From Squalus acanthias (Eukaryota): DNA of 64,000 nucleotides. Below are positions 12,687-23,686 of this stretch, in pieces. The stretch lies in the NCBI GenBank assembly GCA_030390025.1, contig CM059431.1:107696001-107760000 (forward strand), read 5' to 3'. The position numbers and the translations under genes were made by a program. The notes beneath the pieces were generated by a model. It was not told where the DNA came from and ran no database searches. It was given only the letters and a program-made list of their open reading frames with translations. Positions within the stretch are counted from its first letter, which is position 1, and every line of letters begins with the position of its first letter.

Positions 12687-13132
12687 TGTTAGAGTAAAAA
12701 TTATAGGGCTTAAAGCAACAATGTAAAAGTTAAAGAATGTAAAAGTTAAAGCAACAATATAAAAGTTAAGGTAAATTCGTATAGACAGAATGGTTTCGCT
12801 GACATAGTGCGATGAGTAATGTCTGTGGTCAACATGTATACGTGCGAGACCCAATGTTTATAGTTTCGGAGGGAAGTAAAGTTTTTAGCTTAACGTGCAG
12901 TTTATAATTAGGCGCTTGTTGCTGGGGGAATGTGATTGGGTGAAGACATTTGTATGTAATGAATTGCGTAATCGACCCTATAATGTATAAAAGAAGTTTC
13001 AATACCACTGTAACAACGAGAAGTGAATCACTAGATTGCGGAGTCTATGCCTCTTCTCCCAGATCGCTCTGTTAAATAAACTGTGATCTTCTGCTTTGAG
13101 ACAGACTCGAGTGAATTCATTTTTCATCAACA
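12687..13132 (+). repeat. ERV 5' LTR (446 bp)
   Basis: TGTTAG..CAACA; TATAAAA at 12986-12992; AATAAA at 13075-13080; direct repeat of 18859-19305. Confidence 0.95.
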
Positions 13133-13134
13133 AT

Positions 13135-13152
13135 TGGCGTAGTCGGCAGGAT
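13135..13152 (+). promoter_or_regulatory. Primer binding site, tRNA-Ser
   Basis: TGGCGTAGTCGGCAGGAT, 2 nt after the LTR, is the exact complement of the vertebrate tRNA-Ser 3' end (ATCCTGCCGACTACGCCA). Confidence 0.9.
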
Positions 13153-13625
13153 GCTCCAGAACTGAAAGACTGCCCGCACCAGTGAACCCGGACGAGAAGT
13201 CAATTTTTACCGTCCAGAAATTGAGTCACCTGGGAAGGCGGAGGGACAGTGCCGTAGCATCACGAATCAAGTAAAGTCTGTGAGAGGTAGGAGAACACAG
13301 TTGTTGTGAAAATGTGGATCGCAAGTACTAAAGGGAACACTGTGTAGCGATAAATGTCGCGAAGGAATGAGTGAGTGACGAAACGACACGGACAAGGAGG
13401 GTGCCTGTCTCAAACACCTAGCTTGAGCTTGAATTAAGAGGACGTAGTCCCACGTGACGGCCAGGATCAAGTAGGCGTAGAGGCTCCAAAACACCCTGGG
13501 ATCGTGAAGTCAGCAAATATATATGTGTGTTGTGACTAATTAACCGCTTGAAGGTCTTTAAAGTATCAAGAACAAGCCCGAGTAGAGGAACTCAGCATTT
13601 GGTAAGACTGTAAGTTGGACTACAA

Positions 13626-15175
13626 ATGGCGTCGGGGAAGAAATAGAATGGAGACGAATGGGGTCCCTTACTAGGTTCTATGCAGACGACCGGAAGGGTT
13701 TAGTTGATAAGATGACGAAGGAGGGGTGGGACCCGCTCCAGAATCCGAAGGTAAAAGAGAGTGGTAGAGGGTCAAAAACAGAAAAGACAAAAAAGGTGGG
13801 GGTGATACTAGTAAACCAATTAGTCACATTAACTAATGAAAGGATTCACAAAATTTCATGTGTTCCCCCCCGAAGATTTTTGTTGGACTTATTAATATGG
13901 AACCCTGGTCAGACTGAGTTTTAAAATCCAGGGCATGGCTGTGGTCGGACCTCGTGACCGAGAGCCTGGCAGTTTCATTTCAGACTCTGGCAAGCTATCA
14001 GCTTGTGTATTCCGATGTCTGCAGCAGGAAGTTCACGAAACCAGACAGGACCTTTCCTTATGCATTACAATCAGGTCTACGCATAAGGCTTTCAAGGTGT
14101 TTGCTCAAATAATCAGCGGGGACATTGAGACTGGGTTGGCCCCCATCAACGGACCTGTCGGACAATAGGGAGCAGTTGGAGAACTGGCATGATACAATTA
14201 CCGGCCATCTAACATGATGGGCCAAGATCAGTACCTTTTGTTAAAATTCATCATGCCCAGATCAGACAATAGAAATGAGCTGATCTGAAGGGAGATTAGG
14301 ACGACCGGGAGGGTATAACTGGGAAGACCCAGCCATTCTCTCTCTCTCTCTGCCTGGATCCCGGTTCGCTCTGTCTGCCTGCCAGCAGCCCAGAAAGAAG
14401 ATGACCAGAAACTTCGCAGCCACATGTCAACGGCAGAAACAGAGTACAGGGCCAGGTTTTTCCATCCATTTCACCGGTGAGCATTATCTTCTTCTGGCTG
14501 TCGCAAGACAATTTTAGTTAGGCATAAGGGTAGGAATTAATGGGGATATTGCTAAAATTGTAATTTTAGGATTTTCCCTCGATGTGTCCGTTCTCCTCCC
14601 ATGTTAAGTGTAAAACCGTCTTCATATGATACTGTTTCTCTGTAGTTTTACTTCTGTAAATAAACATTGGTTTTCCTCGCACCAATCCATGGGTCTGTTC
14701 GTTTGTCCTTATTGCCGCTCGATAAGTCCTGGGCTCAGAACTAGGAAGGGGATAGCGATTCGCAACCGCACAGTGGGCAGGACAGCTCAGGAAAACATAA
14801 CTGGCTGACCTACAAATAAGCCCGAGACAAAAACCCCTTACACTAACAAGGTGCAGCAACTCCACACTAGACTTGCAAGTAAAAATGAAAGAATTCTGGA
14901 ATTAGAACAAGAGTTATTATTGTACAAAGGAGGCCAGACGGTCCTTGATGGGTACCGGCTGGACAAAACGGAACTATGGAACGAAAGGCGGGCACATTTG
15001 TGCACCTCAGTAAAAGTCCAGGGCTCCAAAAATGAGGAAGAGATGCCACCTCCTTACGCCCCAGAGGCATCAGCCCCTTCCATGGAAGACAGTGATGACG
15101 AAAACTTAAAGAAGAGATAAAGTTGTTAAAGGAAAAAGTAGCGTTGCTACAGATGGAACGTTTAATCAAAGGAGA
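13626..15175 (+). pseudogene. gag: gag N-terminal remnant split by a solo LTR
   Basis: ORFs 13658-13836 and 14843-15120 join in frame once the insertion is removed; coiled-coil-like segment and PPPY late-domain motif. Confidence 0.7.
13837..14842 (+). mobile_element. Solo LTR (1006 bp) of a second LTR-element family
   Basis: TGAAAGG..CCCTTACA termini, 4-bp TSD CTAA, TATAA near 14314, AATAAA near 14659. Confidence 0.85.
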
Positions 15176-16479
15176 CCGAGTCCCCTTTGAAAAAGTGATA
15201 AACTTTATTCTGGAAAGTCTGTCTCAAAAATAAACACAATGGGTTAAGAGAAAAACATAGCCATGTGGTTAAGCATAAAGTGCAGGAGAGAGAGAGAGAG
15301 CGATAAAGAAGGAAAAAGATTGATTATGCAGGCTAACCAATCTGAAAACTCAGCAAAGGAAGGGAAAAAAAACAGGGATTTGAAAGCCAGGAAAAGCTGC
15401 TGAGACACCGATGTACAAAAAAAGAGAAATTTAAAGTTTTACCGACATGGAAGTTATTTATGTCTGTGCCGAGACAAATAAAACACAAGATTTGCTGAAT
15501 GAAAGGAACCTTAAAAAAATGCTGGAATTTCATTTTGAGTGAAAGTGTTTTTAAAGTGTCAAAGTTATCCTGACTGTGAATGTTTAAGAAGTTACAGTAT
15601 TTCTTTTGTCTGAAAGTCTGTCTTTAAAAAGGTGTCTGTCATTTTTGTTTTAGCTCCACCCACTCTTTTGTACAGAGAGCTAAAAGCTGTTTAACCCTTT
15701 GAAGACTTGTCTTGAACGATGGACAAGTGTGTGTTGTTTTAAGTTTGTTAATTGTTTTACAAAAGATAAGATTGAGCCTTGAAGTCACAGTTGCCAATGT
15801 GCCTGGAAGAAAATGAATTTGAATGTTTACAAGGCATGGGTAATTGTTTCTTTGTTAATATGGTTTCTTTATTTTCTAAGTGATACTGGTTAGTTTAAAA
15901 AAAAATTGATCTGGATTGAATTGGAGTTATTGAGGTCAATTAACCTATTAAAACCAGACTTTCATTGTGGCCACGGTGAAATTCTGGTCGGTGTAAATTT
16001 GTGTAGACCGCATCGAATAAGATTGTGCAACCAGAATTGAAACAAAACTTCAAACTACAATTTAAGTTAAGCTGGTGTGTAAAAACTGAGAAGAAAAACA
16101 AAAAGTTTGTTTAACAAAAGATTAAGTTTCAGTCTAATATTTAACCTTGGAGTCACGGTTGCTATGGTGAAATCCTCCAAAGCAATTTGTTTAAATGTGA
16201 AAAACTAATTTTTCTCCAGTTGTAAGCAACAACTTTGGTATTGCTGAATGAAATTTAAAGATATTGGACATTATTAAATTTAAGTGTCTTAATTTTAAGT
16301 TAATATTTCCCCACAGTGACAGAAGGAAAATTAAGATTTGATAAATTAACCCCTTGGGCTTTTAAACAGAACTATATCAGATAGCCGGAAAGCAAAATGG
16401 GAAACAATCCTCTTACCAGGAGATGGATCAGTATTAATACAAAAACATACTGGAATAAACCTAGCATCCGGAATATTAA

Positions 16480-17004
16480 CAGAAGGGTATGAGCATAGTT
16501 GCTAAGTAAAAATAGAGGAAGAAATGTACATGACATTGATAAAGTAGTAATGCATGCTGTTCGGTGGTAATTGTTGCAGAAATCTCCTGGGCAGATTCCC
16601 ATCGAGCAGACGGAATATTACTATGAACAAGAAATGGTTGAAAAAAACGTAGCCAGTGCACAGGTGGAAGAAATAGATATTAGGAAATTACACAAAAAGA
16701 ACCCAAACGTAGTCAAGGCAGCCCCTTTAAAAAGAGGGGGAACGTTACAAATTTCCACAGCCAAGTACCAAGCTTTTAGCCCCTTAGAAAAACAAACAAT
16801 ATTGAAAGATTTGGGAAGTTGGGTCATATGGCAAAAGAATGTAGGGCCCCCAAACAAAACCGACCGGTATGTGCTAATTGCGCAAGACCAGGACTTTCAA
16901 CCGAGAGGTGTTGGACAAAAAAGGAAGAGCCAAACCAGACCGGGACCATTGATATGTATCAAAAGATCCTGCAGTATGTAAAGGAACAGGGTTGCGGCAA
17001 CTGA
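16480..17004 (+). pseudogene. gag: gag capsid-start and nucleocapsid remnant
   Basis: KYQAFSPLE (capsid-start-like) joined by a deletion to GKLGHMAKEC and CANCARPGLSTERC, i.e. two CCHC-type knuckles, both damaged. Confidence 0.75.
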
Positions 17005-17459
17005 CTAGCGGCGGCCCCCATCAAGAGGGAGAAGGAAGATCCCAGAGTCTATGTACCGGCACTGTTAGGGGGGCAGCAGTGCGATATGTTAGTAGACACG
17101 GGAGCTTCTGTATCCATTACCAATTTACCCATTCCCCTCATAAACAAAGGATAGACATAGTGGGGTTGGGAGGGGAGCATTTACATGCATTTAAAAGTGA
17201 GGTACAAGTATTGGAATTAGCGGGACGACTATTACCTGCACAATTTTATGTATGCCCAAACAGTGAGGGGAATATCTTAGGAATAGATTTGTTAAAAGAA
17301 TTTAATTTGTTAATAGATTCACGACAAGGAAAGTTAACCTGGGTACAGGGAGACGGGAACATAGTAAACTGGGGAAAACCACTTTGCCATTTGGCAACAG
17401 TAGGAAGTGCAAAACTCGTGGCCCGGGACTGGAAGGAGGAGAGGATGTGGGTCCTCTAA
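17005..17459 (+). pseudogene. pro: Retroviral aspartic protease, frameshifted
   Basis: DPRVYV..GGQQCDMLVDTGAS (D at 17095) in the gag frame, then IVGLGG and NILGIDLL in another frame. Confidence 0.85.
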
Positions 17460-17553
17460 AGGATAAGCTCCGAAGGAAAATAGAATCTTCAAGCAACAAA
17501 GCGGTTCGGTTGGCGATATAGCCTTTGGGACATTGTTAACATAAAGTGATAAG

Positions 17554-18715
17554 ATGAACGTGTTACGTAATATCATGTGTAGTTTGCTAGTTTGTATAAT
17601 CATAATATGTAGCCTCGGGAGGACTCAGGCTAGAGTACCCCCACGGGCCAAAAGAGGGTTACGGGTGAACACCTGTTTATATATGTCATACACATATGCC
17701 AAGAGAGTTGATGTTTCCAGCTGTTGGGTCTGCGCCCATGTCCTCACGGACTCGGAGGAAGGAGTCCCCCTACAACCAATCCCACTTAGTGATGATGAGA
17801 CGGTCAGTTGGATGTTTGGAGTTAGAGCAGGATGCACAAGTGTGGGCTGTTATGAAGCCAAGACAGACGGCAGAATTATAGCAAAGCTCCAACATCATGG
17901 GTACAACCCAGAATATTGTAATGGGTGGACACGGTATTCCTATCTACCACCGTTCCTGAGAACGAGGAGTAAGAAGGGACAAAGGGGGGGACTATGTCTC
18001 GCAAAGAGGGGACGACCGACAGATCCTATTGTGGGCTACAGTAACTGCACATATAACATTGCCTTGCCTGGTGAAACGGGTAGTGTGAAGCTCCCATCAC
18101 TAAACCGAAGCGGTGACTTCTCAGTACAATGGGACCCCGCAGAGGTAAATAAGTATACCTCCTACAACGGGACTCATTTCGTGTGCGGTCATAGGGCTTA
18201 TCCCTGGTTGCCCCGAGAATGGAGCGGGTAAATTGGCAAGGGAATCCATTAACCTGGCCTCTGTCTTGGAGCAGGTGGCCAACGATACAGCTGAAGCCCT
18301 AGTTAAGGTTAATGCTGAGATGGTAGCCCTCCGCACAGTAGCTCTACAAAATCGGATGGCCCTTGACTATGTGTTAGCGGAAAAAGGGGGAACCTGCGCA
18401 CTAATAGGTACAGAATGTTGTACCTATATACCAGATAACTCGGAAGCAATAACTAACTTGGCAGAACACATACAGGAAGAAGTAAAGAAATTAAAACAAC
18501 CTCCGGGATCCACCCTTTGGGGCTAGGCAACTGGATGGTTGGGATCACTCGGGACATCAGTAGTACAAGGATTGATTTTGTTCTTTGCTATAATATTAGT
18601 GATGTATGGTCTGGCCCTATTGTTAAAATGTTGTTGCGCTCAAATGTCACGGACTGCTGTAAGTGTCATAATGGTTAATCAAGTGACTCCCGGAGAGAGA
18701 GATATGTGGATATGA
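17554..18715 (+). pseudogene. env: Gamma-type env with SU/TM junction deleted
   Basis: Signal peptide, RAKR, CWVC (CXXC); TM part with ISD LQNRMALDYVLAEKGG and CX6CC; premature TAG at 18524-18526, then an in-frame membrane anchor ending at TGA 18713-18715. Confidence 0.9.
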
Positions 18716-18847
18716 GTCCCTAAACAAGGATGCCACAGTCTGACTAACGGACTGTGAGCCCCTGGAATGTAAACATATCTACTTACATTACCAGAAATCC
18801 GTATGATGCTGGTTCCCTTTCACAAAAGGAGTTTTGATCAGGGACTA

Positions 18848-18858
18848 ACAGGAGGGAT
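18848..18858 (+). promoter_or_regulatory. Polypurine tract
   Basis: ACAGGAGGGAT immediately before the 3' LTR. Confidence 0.6.
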
Positions 18859-19305
18859 TGTTAGAGTAAAAATTATAGGGCTTAAAGCAACAATGTAAAA
18901 GTTAAAGAATGTAAAAGTTAAAGCAACAATGTAAAAGTTAAGGTAAATTTGTATAGACAGAATGGTTTCGCTGACATAGTGCGATGAGTAATGTCTGTGG
19001 TCAACATGTGTACGTGCGAGACCCAATGTTTATAGTTTCGGTAGGGAAGTAAAGTTTTTAGCTTAACGTGCAGTTTATAATTAGGCGCTTGTTGCTGGGG
19101 GAATGTGATTGGGTGAAGACATTTGTATGTAATGAATTGCATAACCGACCCTATAATGTATAAAAGAAGTTTCGATACCACTGTAACAACGAGAAGTGGA
19201 TCACTAGATCGTGGGGTCTATGACTCTTCTCCCAGGGCGCACTGTTAAATAAACTGTGATCTTCTGCTTTGAGACAGACTCGAGTGAATTCATTTTTCAC
19301 CAACA
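18859..19305 (+). repeat. ERV 3' LTR (447 bp)
   Basis: About 15 differences from the 5' LTR by hand alignment. Confidence 0.95.
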
Positions 19306-21331
19306 GTGTGGATGTTGGTGAGGCTGGTGTGCCCCGTGATGCTGGTGTTGGGGCTGATCGCGCTGGGATTCTGAGGACCAAGGTGAGATTATTTCAAGGG
19401 CACCAATGCAGATGGAATCGATGGCAGGTGAGGTTGAGATGGCAGAAGTAATCTGTCAATGTTGAGATAGATTGTTCCAGGGAGGTGACAGTGGATAGAG
19501 AGATTACTCCAAACACTGCAAAAGTGCATAAAGCTCAAAAGTGGGTTCCAAATCATTAATGCTCCAGCTTCTAAGATTAGGAAGTGACCAGCTGTGAAAT
19601 GGTAGGTTTTAGACCCCTTTTGCAAGTATCAACTATTCAGAGCAATCCACAGTCATTGAGAACCCGACATACTTACCTGACGTGATAGCCGCTCTCCGGG
19701 AACCTCGTTGAAAACCTGGTAAAATGTTAAGTACATGGGAAAATGGTTATTAACTGCCTTTTAATAAGCTTTTAGCTATCTAAATTGGCTGACCCGCCGC
19801 ATGATGCCAGGTCTGTTCAGGGATGACAGACCCGACAGTTGGGAAACTGACAAGGAGACGGGTTTACAGCGGGATACCGACCCGCTGTCAATCTTTGTGA
19901 TTTTGACAGCGGACCCACCTCCAAACCCGCACTCTGAGCGCCGGTAAAATTCTGGCCCAAGTGTCCGGATGTCAAATCAGGCCCGCCACGTAAATTGAGT
20001 TTGACATCCCAGGGATAGAGTATATGCAAATTCATGCTAAGCAGGCACCAGATCCTTCTAATAGGAAGTGTAGAATTGCAAAGATTGTGTTGGTTTAGAA
20101 GTGTGCTTGAAATTGTGTAAACTCACTAACCTTTGGTCATAACCTATGAAATTGGGAAAATGTGTTGGAGATCTATTCTAATCCATTAACAACTATAACT
20201 GCAGTGTGAGATCAACGTAGAATAAAGTTGAAAAGTGACATTGCTTTTGAAAGGCAGCGATCTTTCGAAAACGCTTCCAAATAAATACTGTAATTGTAAT
20301 GAAAAGTGAGTGGAATTGACTATCTTTTAATCAAATCTACACAGAATCAAATATATCTTTATTTAATCCAAACTATGTTTGTATGAAGAAGAAAATGTGA
20401 TTGTGAACCTCTAATTAGTTTTATGTCAAGCAAACTGAAAGGTTTATGACTCTTAATCTAATGTACTTATTGTCAAAGGTATTGCAGTACAATTTATGCA
20501 AGCAGGAAGCAGGCAACCTTTAAAATTAAGCACAATACATTGTAGATCAAAAGTATGATAATTAAGTTGCTACATGTAACTAAATGAAGGAATTATTGTT
20601 TATTTTTGTAAAAGGTCAAAATCTCAATTCTTTGTCCTTCCTTTACCCCGCACCTCTTTAATACAACAATTTTGTATTTCATCTCAATCAAGTTCCTTTT
20701 CCCCTTATGTCAATGGGACTTCAGCAACAGAAAATGCTTCAATCATGAGCGATGCATTAGTGCCATCATTGGGGTAGGTTGCTCAGGTTCTCTCGGCGTA
20801 ATTCATCCGAAATCGGCGCAAGAGATCACAGAATTCTAAGGGCAAATTACACATTCAGCGCAACTCGCGTTTACGCGATCTTTTGCGCTCGTTTAAAAAA
20901 TTAGCATAAAGCTCAAAAGTGGGTTACAAATCATTAACGCTCCAGCTTCTAAGATTGGGAAGTGAACAGCTGTGAAATGGTAGGTTTTAGACCACTTTTG
21001 CAGCTGTCAACTATTCACAGTCATTGAGAACCCGACATACTTACCTGACGTGATAGTCGCTCTCCGGGACCCTTGTTGAAAACCTGGTAAAATGGTAAGT
21101 ACATTGGAAAATGGTTCTTAACTACCTTTTAATAAGCTTTTAACTATCTAAATTGGCTAGAAGTGGGCCCTGCCCACAAAACAGTCCCCTACCCCCTACC
21201 CCCGGGATGAATTAATCATTATTGGGAGTTTCCGCTAATTGCGCTCGTTTGCGGGTCTTTGGGGAGTCTTCAAAAATTAAGCTGGATCTTTTGGGCGCAA
21301 GGACAATAATAGGAAATTTTTAAAAGCTTTA

Positions 21332-22038
21332 GGGGGAAAAATTTGGTTGCTTTGCGCCACCCAAAGCAACTCGCGCCCGGGCGCGGCGCCGCAAATGCCT
21401 CCTGCGAAATTCAGCGGGAGGTAACCATTAGTGCCCCGCGGTGCTGTGCCGCTGGTGATGACATCATCGCCGTATGCAGTGGCCCGCTCGCACCCCGGCC
21501 GCGATCTTCGGTATCACCCCCTGACTTACCGCCGGACGCTATGTCCGACGGGGTCAGGGGGGGCCTACCTGCGGCCGGTGCGACGCTAATTAAAGGCAAG
21601 GTGCCGGACGGCCATTTTTGTTGCTGGCCGTCTGCCAGCACCTGCCTGCGCTCCCGTTCCCGGCCTCCTCAGCAGCCCCCCCGCGGGGGGCCGGCTGCGC
21701 TACGTGAGCCCGGCACTCCTCTTGAGTGCCGGGCTCTGTTGCCGGCACTCCGATCCCTGGTGGCCCAGCTGGTCCCCGGGTCGCGCTGCTCTAGGCCCCT
21801 CCCCTTTAAGAAGGGGAGGAAGGCCTGCAGTACCGCGTGGCGCTGTGGCACGTAACGCTGCGATATTCCCTCGCAGTGCCCCAAGAGGGAGGCGGGGCGC
21901 TTCCAGTCGCGCTCCGCTTCCCTCTTGGGGTGCTACCGATGAATTTCAGCCGCAGGGGTGCTAATTTTTTCGGGGCGCCAAAATTAGTGCCCCGGCGAAG
22001 TTAGCGCCCCAAAGGGGGCGCAACTCAATTTTTCCCTC
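21332..22038. mobile_element. PIF/Harbinger MITE (AGCGCC-rich family)
   Basis: TIR GGGGGAAAAATT / AATTTTTCCCTC; TSD TTA on both sides. Confidence 0.85.
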
Positions 22039-22441
22039 TTAGAATTTTTTTTTTGTATTTATGAAGAAACTGACTACTGTACCCCAATATAACTAGCAAA
22101 TCGTTCTGCATATTTTTTAAATGTCATTTTCAGTCGTTTAAAATCGGGTTACTCACAGGTAGAGAATTGGCACTGGGATTAAAAATCCTGATTCTTTGGG
22201 ATAAACCCAACTGTATTAATCAAACTGCACCAAGTTACCTCTCTTAAATGTATCAAGAAATACTTTTTGAAGCAAATTTTTTGTTTAAATGATGTTTTAA
22301 CTCGCTGCCTGACTGTGCTGGTTTATGGCTGGGGTTGTGCTCGGTGAGATGCAAATGAGTTTGAACGGAAATTCCAGAATTTTTTTTTCTCAAAACGGGC
22401 GCAATTTTGGGTGTTTGTCTTGCACGATCTAAAAGAATAAA

Positions 22442-23193
22442 GGCCCAGAAATTCCCGTGTCCGGCTTGCCGCGGGGGTAAGGATTGCGCGCGCTCTTACC
22501 TACCGCGCCTGCCGTTGTGTTTTGGGCCCATGGGAACTTCGGGTTCTGGGCCTCTCCCAAGAGCTGGCGCGCAGTGCTTGCGTGTTCCAGGGGCGCAGTT
22601 AGTGCGATGCGACCCCTGGGATCACGTGGGCCATGGAGAGCCAATGGCAGCAGACCATCTTTCATTCATAGATTTGACAGGAGACCTGTCAAATCTGTGA
22701 ATTGAAATCGGCCCCAAAAGAACAGCTAAACTTAAAATAAATTTTTTAAAAACCATCACATTTATAAAATAACTATAGTTAAATAAATTAACCACTTTAA
22801 ACAAAAATTTAAATTTTTGAAAAAATCGAAATACTTTTTAAAAGTTATAAAAATAAACTTACCTTTCTTTAAAGTATCTAAAAAAGATAAACCTGTTGAA
22901 AACTTTTTTTAATTATACTTAATTAACCACTTACCTTGTTCAAAAGGGGTCTTACGCCTCCTTTTTATTAGCGTAGTATCTTCAATACTTACCCTCGCGT
23001 AGAAACCTGAAAAAAAATCTAAGTGTGCTGCATGCACGCAGCCTCTAGCGCGCACACGGTTCACCTAGGAACCGCCCCCTTCACCAGACCGGAAGTTCCG
23101 GTTTCCCGCGCATGCAGGAAACCGGCACTTCAGGAAGCAATACTGGTGAGTACACACAGTGTACTCACGCGGGAAGGGCCGAATTTTTGTGCC
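22442..23193 (+). mobile_element. Harbinger-type MITE, family B
   Basis: TIR GGCCCAGAAATT / AATTTTTGTGCC; TSD AAA; homologous to 27963-28723 and 43941-44703. Confidence 0.85.
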
Positions 23194-23540
23194 AAAGTTC
23201 TTCCTAGACGGCAGATTGCTTATTGGCCTCATTTACATGAAATTGACAATGTCAGGTTTGCGTTGATTGGATCTGATCTAATTAGCAAATCTGGAAAATT
23301 AATAGTTTTGCCTTTTTACTCAGTGTGGATTTTTTTTGGACGGCTTCGCAGAAACAAATCGCGAGATGTTGACTCAGCCTGGAATATCCTGGTGTAATAC
23401 GAGATTCGAGAAAATCATCGCTGAATATCTGTTGCAAATGAAAATGCAGCCAATGGGACTGACTACCAGGCACTGCATATAATGGGTGGGCAATCCGATC
23501 CCGCCCGGTTTGCACCACTGCCCGAGATGAATTTCTAGGT

Positions 23541-23686
23541 CCTCACCTCCGACAGTGCAGCACTCCCTCAGTCCTGCACTGGAGTGTCAGTCAAGATTCA
23601 TGTCCTCAAGTCCTGGACTGCAGCTTGAACCCATGCCCTTCTGATTCAGAAGGCAAAGAGTGCTACCACTGAGCCAAGGCTAACAC
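23541..23686 (-). mobile_element. DeuSINE 5' fragment
   Basis: Reverse complement of the tRNA-like head (CTTGAACCC, CCACTGAGCCA) and CACTGGAGTGTCAG. Confidence 0.7.

Larger units (their letters stand above)
12687..19305 (+). mobile_element. Endogenous retrovirus, non-autonomous (RT/RNase H/IN deleted)
   Basis: Paired TG..CA LTRs, 5-bp TSD GTGTG (12682-12686 and 19306-19310), PBS, PPT, and gag/pro/env remnants. Confidence 0.95.
10695..19958 (+). mobile_element. Non-autonomous Harbinger derivative with Myb/SANT exon, interrupted by a MITE and the ERV
   Basis: Degenerate Myb/SANT exon (APRLSHDSLQMLL..RREVLFP..W..RTWLQWRKPFND) at about 10960-11200; collinear with 49064-50823 on both sides of the insertions; TIR-like ends AGGCTGCAATTT / AAATTCTGGCCC. 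Confidence 0.7.
20771..23540. mobile_element. Probable older non-autonomous DNA element hosting two MITEs
   Basis: CpG-rich repeat-like DNA continues across both nested MITEs; shares a block of about 260 bp with 19527-19790; termini only weakly TIR-like. Confidence 0.35.

Noticed and set aside
12710..12770. CRISPR-like short repeats
   Set aside because: Tandem AATGTAAAAGTTAA repeats in the LTR U3; no unique spacers or cas genes, and a eukaryotic context.
13135..13152. tRNA-Ser gene
   Set aside because: Only the 18-nt complement including CCA, next to an LTR, so a PBS. The SINE heads are likewise not tRNA genes.
19669..19679. U1 snRNA gene
   Set aside because: Only the first 11 nt match; no U1 body follows.
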